Of a stretch of DNA of 64,000 nt, positions 24,480 through 36,600 are shown in pieces (the stretch's first letter is position 1; each line of letters opens with the position of its first letter). The stretch spans positions 1-64,000 of the forward strand of contig NW_026855905.1 in the NCBI RefSeq assembly GCF_026571515.1, in the 5' to 3' direction. A model generated the notes under the pieces. That model was not told where the DNA came from. It was given only the letters and a program-made list of their open reading frames with translations, and ran no database searches. The position numbers and the translations under genes are program-made. The stretch is from Ruditapes philippinarum (Eukaryota).

Positions 24480-25365
24480 AACAAAATTAGATTATATTTC
24501 ACACATTAGCATCATTGCTACAAATTTCAATACAATAGTATCAAACTTTTTTTTAACAATTACGGACTGTTGTATGAAGTTAAATATTGATACCCGGTCA
24601 AACTAATTCCTTAATAATTCGTGAAAAACTTGTATGTATTACACTCAAATTATATAAGACCACCATATACAAACGTAATTTTGCAAGTCAGTTGTTTAGC
24701 AAACTATTACAGAAATATATTTTGATCTTTAACGAGCTGTTAAAATCTTAAGATTTCTACCAATTGTCTGTGGATAACTTAAGGTAATCAACAGCTCATA
24801 GAAACTGTCCTTTAAAGAGTGTCATACATTCAAATTTTAAGAAATAAGTGGTCATCTAATATGCACAAATTAGAACATTTTATCTTCGTATTAGTAAATT
24901 ATTTGTAGAAACAAATCCCAAAAGAACACGACCGTATTTAGTTTTCCATGTAAGATATTCTAAAAAAAATTTGACATACATTTTAAATTCATTGCAATCA
25001 TTAATGCCAAATAAATATGTCATTATTTCATCTTCACTGGCGTGTTGCTTTGATATTTTGATATTGAAAATTAAATGGCAGCTAAAAGTAATTTTTCTTT
25101 CTGCCATAATTATCATAAAACACATATCGATTAATAACATTCGTTTTGTATTCGATTGTTTATGGCATAAACGTTAATATTATCCTACAAAGAATTCATG
25201 GTAGACACTTGTAACAAAATAATTCAAAGTTTCATCATTTACGGTATTTTGCTAATCAAACCAAACGATTTAAGAGCATTTCTTGTAAATATGACAGTTA
25301 TAAACCTTTTATCAAATTGAAATTTAAATGAGCGTTACTTTTAAACGTACTTGTGTATAAGTAAT

Positions 25366-25460
25366 AGAAAGAGCACCGAAACACGAGGCTATCTGATTTG
25401 TACAAGGGGGCGGAGCCCCCGAGAATAAATCAGATTGCCGAGTGTTTTGGTGTTCTTTCT
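25366..25460. repeat. 95-bp imperfect palindrome at the edge of an insertion of about 300 bp (probable MITE end)
   Basis: agaaagagcaccgaaacac..atctgattt..ggggg cggag ccccc..aaatcagat..gtgttttggtgttctttct; the segment is absent from the inverted paralog near 62860. Confidence 0.7.
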
Positions 25461-26646
25461 CCTTGTATTATAGTCAAACATAAAAACACGTTTTCTGTTG
25501 TCACAATATGAAACCGCGGGAAAAATTATGTATTTCTGTCGCTTTCCCTTTCTCGTCCGACACAATAAGTAAACCCCAGCAAAAATGAGCCAATCGATGG
25601 GCATGCTCTGGAGTGCGGGTAACTAATACCTGCACTCCAATTAACGCACTATGTATGTATATGTATACGATTTTACTCTGACACATTTTCAACAGAAAGG
25701 TCCCCAAACTATGATAAAATTTATGGATATAACATTTGATGCTTGGTTGTGTTAACATATACCATTTATTTCTTTCGAAAAAGAGTGTAACTGGTCACAT
25801 AAAATCCTCGAGAAAATCATTCTTTACACAGCAAAATAGCAGGAATATCAAGTATAAAAGAATTGCAGATGATAGAACAATGCATAAAACTTTATTGAAA
25901 TGATCGACCATAAAAAAGGATCAAGATAATGGTCTCTTTGAAAATGAACAAGTACACCAATTGCGCCAATCATTTATTATGTATAAATACTTCTCTCATG
26001 TTTGCAAATTTTAGAAATTATTTCGGAATCCCTAAATTCAATTTTTCTATAGTTATTTTTACAGTTTTGACAAGGAATCGAACAATACATTTGACATAAT
26101 TCCTTGCATGCTGCTTTCTATGAAGTATAGCGACTGTGATATATTGAAGGGACCATTATTGACAACGGATAACATACATTCGGATGTATCTACCTTTGAG
26201 TTTTACCATTTTGAAAATTTCTATTGAAAGGGGTCTAAACTGGTGATATGACGAGGTTATTTATACATGTACATTGTTGAATACAATACATATTTATGAT
26301 TTTTAATTCAAATTAGGACGAAATTAAACATTATACTCATATTAGATAATAAAAGTCTCTTTTCCATTTTTAAAGCCTCTAGTCAGTAAAATATATCTCT
26401 TGTGAGGCTACCTTGAATTGGTATTGAATTGTTTAAGCAAGAAAAAAAATCATTTAAAACCCCCACGTTCAACAAAACAGAGGCATTGTTGCAAACAAAT
26501 GTTTGAAAGAAAAAATTATTTCATGGCAAATTAAGTTGCTAAAATTTGATTGCTATTCAAATAACTAATTTTGAAGACGTTCATGTCTAGTATTTTAATT
26601 AATTTTGAAATATTGAAGAAAGTGTGGCTGTTCATACCAAACAAGA

Positions 26647-27233
26647 AAACAAGAGCTGTCTCTGAAAAGTGACTTAAGCCCCTAAAAAGAAGCTTTAACA
26701 TACAATCCGAAATATATGCCAAAATACCAGTAATACACCCCATACCGCCTTTGATTAATATCATTCCCAAAATTTAACTAAAATTCTATTAGAAATAGTC
26801 TATACAAAGGCCTATAACTGTGAAAGAAAAAATCATGCACAAAATCATGACACAATGCACACAATTTACAATTTTACTGAAATTTCTCAAGTGGTTTTGG
26901 AGATGAAGGATGGACGAAGTTAATTTTCTGAAAAATCAACATACTATGCAAAACTAAGCTTGGTGACACACAATCCTGTGAAGTTTCACTGAAATTTCCC
27001 CTACGATTTTGTCCGGAGCGCTGACAAGCTTATTTTACTAAAGATTGACCATAGCGTGGCAATAACTGTGCAAGATACTTTGAACAACAACGTATGGAGG
27101 CGAACGATTCTGTGAAGTTTCACTAAAATTCTTTCAAACGGTTTTGGAGATGAAGCGCGGACATGATTATCGGACGGACGTATACACGGACGGATAGTGC
27201 GATTACTGTATGCCGTTATCGGGGGCATAAAAA
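26647..27233 (-). mobile_element. Non-autonomous Helentron/pearl-like element with internal tandem repeats
   Basis: Minus strand starts ttttatgccccc..ggcata, has a (GTCC)n microsatellite, 2-3 diverged internal repeats (tgtgaagtttcact..aaatt; ggttttggagatgaag) and ends gacagctcttgttt. Absent from the inverted paralog near 61820. Confidence 0.7.
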
Positions 27234-30200
27234 TATAAAAAAACAACAACAACAACAAAAAAAACAAAAAAAACAGACAACAACAACAAAAACGAAAACA
27301 CAAATAAAACGTTCACTTATCTGTTTAAGTTACTTGAAGCTATACAATATTTGCATTATAGAGATTTCTTAAAAGAACCAAATATAATAACTTAAACGCG
27401 CTGTTTATTAGAATTTAAGGTAAAGTTCAAATGAAATTTTACATATTTGCCATATTTCTGTCTAAAAAAATTGTATTATAGTGACACGTGGTTACAAAAA
27501 ATTGTTTTAATCTAATCGAGAGACAAATAACAATGAATTGTTAGAATACTTCTCGAATTATCTAAGGAATCACATCACAAATTCTGTGACAATCTCATCA
27601 TTTTGGGCTTGAATTTAATTTGGAATTATCTAAGGGAAAGCGGTTCGAAGTTAAATTACTTCCCAATTGTCCTTTTTCTGAAATAATGGAACTCGGCGAT
27701 AATTAACCATGGCACAAAGGGTTAGTTTTCAAAAAACATCTGACAGCTTTTTTGTTTTGTTCTTTTTTTTTAAATTTTTTATTTACAATTCATGCATTTA
27801 TATAAATTTCACTTAATCATTTAAGCAAAAAATGGACTTAGCGGTTTTTTCAATCACACCTTTTGAATTTTTTTCAAATTATACTTTATTGCTGCTTCGT
27901 GTAATATGTCTTGAATATTAGGCGGTATTGCGTTTGCGAAAGGCCGAGGCTGATCATTCACAATTCATAAAGATCAAATTCGTTTTTTTTTTTGTATGAT
28001 GGTAAGTCCAGTTGTTGAAGGTTCTTGGTTCCAGTTCGTGCTCTGCATGGTAAAAGAATTAATGGTAAACAATAAAACAACTAAACCAAATCAATGTGAA
28101 ATTTGAACAACGAGAATAAATAGCATTTATGTGATTAAAAATTTGCTTTTTATCTAACTATTTTTAATTTCTTTAAAATCTTCTGTTTCAACTGGGAATT
28201 AATATAAAAACAGCATTCAAAACAACAAATTTAAAAAAAAAAGGGATACAACAACAATAAATAAAAAAAATGAATAAAAATTATGTAAATAAATAATAAT
28301 ACGCAAATTCAAATTAAATATCTGTGGCACAAATATTTGCTTTGCAATCAAATCTATACATAATTGTGCTTTATATTGATTCATTTAAGCGTATTTGTTT
28401 TCATTCCAACGTCAATTACATATTATTATTATTATTACACAGACTTTTTTATATTTTACTGACAGAAAAATACAGTTTTCAAATTATATTCATTTTCAAA
28501 AGAATGTTACATTTAAAGACATATTCTACAGTTTAATGAAATTAAACATGAATTCTTTCATAGAATTTTCTAAATTTTTGGTATGGTAAGTAAAATTCAA
28601 AAATAAAATATATAATAAAACATATGTTGATGTATTGGATTTCTTGAAAATGGCAGTTTAAATGGTAACCGTTTATCTCAAAACTGTCAAAATAGCCAAA
28701 TTGTGTTATTAAAAATAGAACACGTATAAGATAGCTTAATACACACAACAAGCATTATTTTGTGCAAAGATAACCTTACAAAAATGAGTGTTCCATGGTT
28801 ACCGCATATGCCAACTGTCGAAATGACCACGCTTTCTTAAGAAATATCTGTGTTTTACTAAATACATTGTTATATTTACAACAAAATCGTGTTGTAATAT
28901 TTCGAGAATATGTTTTCGTTTGAGTGAAATATGGAATATATTTTCAATCAACATGATAAAATACCACATATTTTCACGACGCGGGAGTAAAAATATATAC
29001 CATATATCACAAAAAACGAAAAAGTAACTTTTTATTTAATTTCATTATCAAAGAAAAATGATTACGAACCCCCTTGCTTGCTACGCAACTGCAATTGCAC
29101 AGCGCGCAGTAATGGACTTGACCCGGTGAATTTTAGTATTCTTTGTTCTATAGTAAATCAGTCACATTTGAGGCTTAATTCTGGATTCCACTGTTCTTGA
29201 TAAATTATATACTATCTTTAACTTTAAACATTAACACTATCTTAGTCCAATGAGACCCAAAATATAATAGGTTAGTCATCATGTAACACACAAAAACTAC
29301 ACTCATGCAATAAATACACTTTAATTATGATCAATATAACTAGAGATGACTTAAATTGGGTTACTTCAAAATTTTAAAGAACTACTTTCTAGACTACAAC
29401 TGGTTGGGTCTAATTCCGTACCGGGTTGAGACCTAATATAATTATTGTCTTGTTTTGCATTTATCAGAATTTTCAAACAAAATGGCGAAAGAAGTTCTTT
29501 AAAATAAATATGAGTTTGACTCCGCCCACTTTCATAATCATATTTCATATTTATTTTTAAAAAGTATGAAATATATTTGACTCATATAGCACCATATTTC
29601 ATGGGTAAAATTAAATAAAAGTTTCTATTTCATTTGATGTTATATGAAATAATGAAAAATTGGCCCCTGAAAAATTAATGGTTTTTTTTTAAAAAACAAT
29701 TTTAAATAAAAAAATATACGGGGGCCCCATAAATCAATTAAAAATTTTCTTTCACTCGACTAACATACGAGAACAGTAAGCAAGTATTCAGAAATTAAAA
29801 CAAACTGAAAATTGGAACATTTCATAGATATTTTTTTTTTGATTTTTATTTAACATTTTTAAGATATATCATTTTAAACTTCTTTTAAACTTCTTTTGCC
29901 CACTTGTCTACCAGTAATCAAGTGTCGACGTACTTTCGTCACAAGTGTGCGCGGAATCATCATCAATGCTAGGAGAAATCCTTTATATGATGTTGTCTAA
30001 ACGACCCTCTTATTCTTTTGAACCGATCTCCTGAACATTTAGAAATACTTATTCTGTATTAATTACTCCTTATTTGTTTGTAGCCGAAATTTAAACAGTT
30101 ATTCCGAGTTGGGATTCAAAATAACCCTTTTTTTAAAAAGTAATTGGGCCGTGAATTAAACTTTTTTGGCAGCGCAAATTTCGAAAGGGGCAAAAAAAAA

Positions 30201-30520
30201 ACTTTCCGAAAACGTCTTTAAATAACATCTTTGAATGCATAAACCCTTTTTTCCCTACTTTTATATGGGACTAAAAAAAAAAACAAGGGTTTTGATGCAC
30301 TATCATTTTTTGGCGGAAAGCACAATTCTTTTTTAAAAGAATTAATAAAAATAAATATTATTTTAAACCCGTCGGTTTTAAAAGACGTTTTTTTTAATTT
30401 AAAAAAAAAACACAACGGGCAGTATTGTAAAAATCCCAAATTTATGGGTTTTTGTTAATAATGGCGCCCAAAAAAAATAGTGTTTACCCAAAAAAATTAT
30501 TAATATAAATCTGGAAAAAA

Positions 30521-31002
30521 GTGATCTCTCGGAAGGCGTTAAATCACAACAAAATTACAAGAAAATTGCAGACTCGGTTTGATTGAGTCTGTACATGAGG
30601 TATAATAATTAAGTGCAACATCCCTCACGCCACGTAGCACCGGCTTGAGCGGTACAAAATTCTCAGCACTTAATATTGCTGGCATCAATGATCCCGAAGA
30701 ACCAGAAAAATATAACAACACTGAAGTGGAGGATAGTGCAACTTTTTACAGCTACCACACAGCACTTGATACCTGCTGTTGTGAAATATAAAAATCTGAA
30801 ACTAAAGTGATCCGTCGGAAACATCACTCACAGCTAAATTACATGAAGATTGCAGACTCGGTTTGATGGAGTCTGTGCATGAGGGATGATGATTAAGTGC
30901 AACATCTCTCACGCCCCCTAGCACCGGCTTGAGCGATACTCCATTCTCAACATTTAATAGTGCTGACACCAATGATCCCGAAGGACCAGAAAAATATAAC
31001 AC
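30521..31002 (-). ncRNA. Tandem array of the 284-bp C+A2 unit (A cores at 30561-30664 and 30845-30948)
   Basis: tgcagactcggtttgat at 30567 and 30851; a complete motif C lies between them. Confidence 0.6.
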
Positions 31003-33570
31003 AATAAGCCTAAAAGAACTGATTTAGTCGTTGTGTTTTATTTATTTGTCAGCTGTCGTTCTATGAATATTTTCAATAATTCACCCTTAAATATCAGGTC
31101 TTAACATCACAAGAATCTCATTTTTCCAAAATAAAAATAAAAACAGCTACCTATAAATGCAACATCACCTGTTCGAGCAAACATGATGAATATAGAAATA
31201 AAAACAAATGAGCAAAACCGATGTTTTTAAAATTCTATAATATATATAAAAATAATATCCTTTAGTTAATTTAGATCATCTTGAGAAAAATCATATTTAA
31301 ATAGCCATTTCTATGGTTTATGACTTTTCGTAATATCGTATTAGAAGCAATTATTGTTAATTGTTTCTGAAAACGAAAAAGGGCATGCACAATGTAATTG
31401 ACACAAAGTATAAATAAAAAAAGATCTGAAATGTGTGGTATTTTAAGATAGAATTTTTACAAATGATTGCTTTAAATAAACTAATTTCTTATTAATATGA
31501 ACATTTGTAGAGAGACATACATAATCGCATTATATGCAACGTGTTGCAACACTATTTATCATGAACCTTTCCCTTTTTTTGTTTGCAAGAATGTCGTTCT
31601 AAAAGTGGAGAAACATCATAGCTAAGGGAGATATAATTATTTTCATGCAAGACGTTTTATTTGCGTCATGTGACATTTATCCTACGGAAACAAAAGTTAT
31701 TTTGCAGTCGTTACAATAAAATTATGATTTTTTAAACATATGGAAGCGAATTCAATTGTAAATAAATATGTGTCTTAAGATATCAAACTTTATCTAGACA
31801 AAAATTCACAAACATTCTGTTCCTTATTCTTTACCTTTAACTGCATAACCTTAACTATAATACTTGACAATAAAACATTGCAAGCATGATATTTTCAAAG
31901 CAGCTAGAGTATCATGCGTTTTTCCATGAACACTTTTAAATGTATTTAAAAGTAAACTATTGTGAAGTGAACACAGAAAATAATTCACACATTGCAAACG
32001 ACATTTTACATTCCACGTGAATCACCGAAACACCAGTTAAATATGCAAAAACTAGCTCGGACTTCGTTCGTCACGTTAGTAACACATTAGATAAATACGT
32101 TAGCAAAAAAGATATAAGGTGATAAATACTGAATCAGTCATTAATCGCATGTACATTATTTCTTTAACATTAAATCGTTTTTTCTATTCTTACAATCCTA
32201 GTACATTGTGCATTTTCTTGAAATATGTTTGCTCATCTTGAGGCATGCCGCTGTAATCTTCTCCTTTTAATTTCAATGCGACTCTCAATTTGCTATGGTA
32301 TTTATAGAAAAATATAATGATTTCTTAAAATCAAGATGCCAGTTGCATGCAGAAGAATGGTTCACTGTTTTGTATTAAAACTAATGAAAATATCCTAATT
32401 CTCATATATGACCACACTTTAAAAAAGGCGTCATTAAAATAAAAGTGTCCTTTAAATAAGTGAATAAATAATTTTAATTGTATATTTTTGTCAACGTAGG
32501 GGAACTTGAAAAAAAGGTATTGTGGCCTTTTTGAATATTTATGTGGTCTCATAATCATTTTTTTTATTTAAACCCAAGGTTCTTCTTACAATGTTTGATG
32601 ATTTCTCAATTTTCTTAAGTTTTCTTTTAACTATTTACCCACAGGGCTTTTCACAAAACAATCATTTACTTACTAGAGGCATGGTAAAAACCGTTAGCTG
32701 GATGCAAAAATAGACATTCGTCGATTATTAAAATAATGGAATTAACCAAATCGTGTCAAATTATACACACTTTTCTTAATCATAGTCAACAACTGAAAAT
32801 CAACATAGTCTTCCGCTTTGCGTGGCATGTGCAACGTTGAAATCTAATTAAAATGCCGTTATTAATAATACGATCATCGTTTGAATTGCGGTTTAATTGT
32901 ATTTGAATCCGGTATGATAATAATTGCCTCAGGAATAAAAAAAAGCCAAATATTAAGCGTTGATCATCATAGAAAATTTAATGTGACAAGTTAGTGCTTT
33001 CCATGAACAAAAGGGTATCGGTCCCACATAATAAAAATGCTTGTAAACAATGGGCGGAAATTAATAAAATGAGGATAACAGGGTATAGAAAAAATGTCAC
33101 TTATTCATTTCCTAAAAATACAAAAAGCGCTTTCAATTGTTTGTGTCTTCTTTTAAGAATGTTTCTAATTTTGTAGTTGTACTTTACAGTTTATGGGTTT
33201 TCCAACACGATGCCACCATTAACGACTGAAAAAGGTATAATCAGCAGTACTGTAATGTCCACAGCCACGAACGTCCAATGATAAATTATTTTTTCTTAGG
33301 ATTGTAGAACACTCACAATGTAAGAAAGAGAACATCACAAAATGTACGTCTTCTTTTGATTTGTTAGTGTCTTTGAATTATATTGACGGTTTGATCAGTA
33401 TGTCTTTGAAAATAATGCTTATTTTTTATTTCGTTCTATAAAAAAAACTTAAAAAAGATGATTTAATTTTCTGCTTAATATTCAAACAATAACAAATACT
33501 TTTTTGTCAGTTAAAAATGTCACTAAGTTCCATTATTATTGTATATTTGTAGTGAGAATAACTGCTTTGT

Positions 33571-33680
33571 TGGGTAAGTTGCACTTCCCAGTACCGTCCA
33601 TGAACAGGCTCAATCAAACCGACCCTGCAACATTTTCAATTCGTGTTGGACTTTCTTTAGGGATATTGTTTTTCTCTATT
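33571..33680 (+). mobile_element. 5'-truncated insertion of motif A1
   Basis: Flanked by tttgt (33566-70 and 33681-85); empty sites near 1815-1832 and, inverted, near 48312-48330. Confidence 0.7.
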
Positions 33681-36600
33681 TTTGTGAATAAACTGTCTTT
33701 AGGACAAATGTCGTGATTGTTATAGGTTATAAAGATTTTTGAGTGGTTATATGGCCCTATATAAATGGTTGTTTGGAAATATAACCCGAGCAGCCAGGCG
33801 AGGGTAATACTGCAAACAACCGTTTATAAAGGGTCATATATCCTGTCAGGAATATTCATAACGAATTTATAATACTGCATACCTCTTTTTTGGGAAAAAA
33901 GCGAGCTTTGTTAGAAAATTGACAACAACCATGTATATAGAACTATATGAATGTCACGAGTATCCACTGAAAAGTGACGTTACAAACGCGAAGTATTATC
34001 AAACTTATCTCAAATTCTTTTCGAAAGAATATTACAGTTGCCCAAAAATAAAAAATCACTTTTCATAGGGGTGAAAAAAATTAAATTTAATAAAAAATGT
34101 TTTTTTGATTTTTATTCCCCTTTCCCAAATACCGGCTTTTCCCTCTAAACTCAAAAAAATGAAAATATTTACACTTAAAAAACTGCACGTTTTTTAACGT
34201 CTTTTTTATTTTGGAAAAATTTTTATATAGTTTTTTATACAGCGGGGGCTGTTTTGATTCATGGGAAAAAATTTTTTAAATTATTAAACTAAAAATTTAT
34301 GCCCTTTCCCGTTTTATAAATTCGTTATTTAAAAATTGTTGAAAAGGTTATATGGGGCCCTTAAAATAAAAATTGGGTGGGTTTTAAAAATAACCCTCGC
34401 CTAACGGCTCGGATTATATTTACAAATAGCCGTTTATATAGGGCCATATAACATGTCAACGATCTTTATAACTAATAATATACATGTACAGACCCAGGTA
34501 AAATACAAGCGAAGTTACAAAAATATTGGTTTTTATAAGAAGACTATTTACATACATGTATCAAATATGAATTTCTTGATAAATTTTATTACTTTCAGAA
34601 ATCAATAACAGTGTCCATGTGTACAGAATGTTGGTCAACATCTGTCCTTATGTATCATACCCATCAGGGTGCGTGTACACTTTACTGACAAAAGCTACAT
34701 GAAAAATGTAATTTTTTTAGTTTTACTTAAACTGTTTTAAGTTAAGTATCAGTAGCTGTGCCTATAAAATACGTTTTTAAATAAACTAAAAGTTTTTATA
34801 GAATTATAGAGTACTTTAGAATATCTTGAGAATTTTCGGGCTTAAATGATAAAATAATGTATGATGAGTGAGAAGATTTTGAGGTTTTGTTAATTCCTGA
34901 AATATTGCACAGGGCATATTTCACTGTGACAATAGTACAAAAATGTAGAAAAAGTACAATAGTCAACACTTGAGCTGTTATCGTCACAGTCTTACTTTTC
35001 ACATATTTGTTATTTTACCCCAAAGGAAGGATGTATTTTTCGGAATGTGAATATTAAGACCATTAGAAACGCAGAAGGTTGCTATAATTATCAGTTTATT
35101 TCTTGCCGTATATAGATCTACTTTGATAGATAATAAGACACAGCTGTCTTGTGGTCTAAAGGTTCAAAATGATTGATAAGTTGTGGCTTTTCAGAAGAAA
35201 ACAATAATTATAATAATAACTTGTTCCTGTTTATATCGATAGGTTGGTGTAAATAAATTATCTAAAACATTCGAGTTGAATGCTTTATGCATCATTCATT
35301 AAAATGATTGTACTTATCGAAAATATTAAAATATCATTTATAAATTATTATACAAATGTCTAAATGTGTCTATGGCGTCATATTCATTTCCGCTTGAATC
35401 GACACTTTGTATTTCCGAATAGCAGCAATACAGTTTTTTAACTAGAGTTGGTGTGTCGGGGGCCGCGTCTTGTGAACGTTGCCTTTGCCTTGTTGATCTT
35501 TATTTTTGTCTTTTGACCTCTACAGTTATAAAATCTAAATTAAGTTTTTCATAATAATGAACAAATGAACTTTTCAAATCGTTGAACACTGCAAATGTCT
35601 GATATTTTGTGCATTTTTAAATTCATATGAAATATATTAAAATGGAATAATAATACCTCCGTTATGCCAACTATCACATACTAGTTCTGCTTTTTTCAGA
35701 CTCAAACACTATTCCTGGCTACCATTAACCTGGCCGTGGAATATAAATTTGCCTGAATGGATCCTATTTAGTCTTACTACATCAATTAATTTTTCTTCAA
35801 AGCAAGAAGACTACTAGAACTACTGCTCACTCGATCAAATACACAGTTCAATATTGCAATTTTGGGCGTTCTTTATGGGTTCAAGTTTGCTCTATTGCAT
35901 CACTGAATATTAAGTACTATCTTGTATCACAAATGTAAAGTCTTAACCTCTAATGAGCATGAGCGTTGTGATAAAATTCGATATGCTCTTGAGAATGAAT
36001 AAAAACGTTTATGTATGCAAATAACGATATTATCTGGTACCATGTACAACAGATGACAGAAAAAGTATGATTAGTTGTGAAGCCATTAATATCAATGTAA
36101 TGCTCCCTCATGGGTTATTGAAGAAACTTGATCCTTTGATTAAAGTCCCTCAAGTGAAGTTCGTGAATATAAGGTTTAATTTCTATGTATAAACATCTTT
36201 ATAACAAATTGTAATATTGATAAACATATTCATTGACAATCGACTATAATTATAAATATAAAAAATGAGGTAGTGGCACTATATCAATTTAAATCTAGCT
36301 TCTAAAGAAATCACATTCATTCGCCAGTGTTTAAAACCTGATCATTTTATAATCTATTCGAAATGATGTGGATTTTTTTAAATTGTACATTAGTAGTTTA
36401 GAAATCTGTTACAAAAATACATTTAGATTATTATTTAAAGGCAACGAGTCTACAGTAATCTAATTGGAATACAACAAGTTTTAATTTTCTTTGAAGTTCA
36501 TTTTTTGATAACGAAAACATTGATCATGTAAATTACAAGTTAACCTTTATACCAATTTAAACTATCAAGTAAATACCTCAAATGAATTATGGAATTGTTG

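Larger units (their letters stand above)
23070..28350 (+). repeat. Segmental duplication, inverted relative to about 60620-64000
   Basis: Reverse-complement matches: 23125-23545 vs 63510-63925, 24510-24810 vs 63190-63515, 25740-26200 vs 62380-62830, 27920-27990 vs 60960-61020. Confidence 0.9.

Noticed and set aside
25370-25388. gagcaccgaaacacgagg similar to a stretch of U3 snoRNA
   Set aside because: No other U3 boxes; it is one arm of a transposon-like palindrome.
30539-31002. Two similar ORFs (MLLYFSGSSG... and MLYFSGPSG...) suggesting a small repeated protein
   Set aside because: The same frame has a stop in the 52.5 kb copy (aat tga) and a 1-bp deletion in the 46.1 kb copy, and the starts are non-ATG. 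The similarity reflects the repeat.
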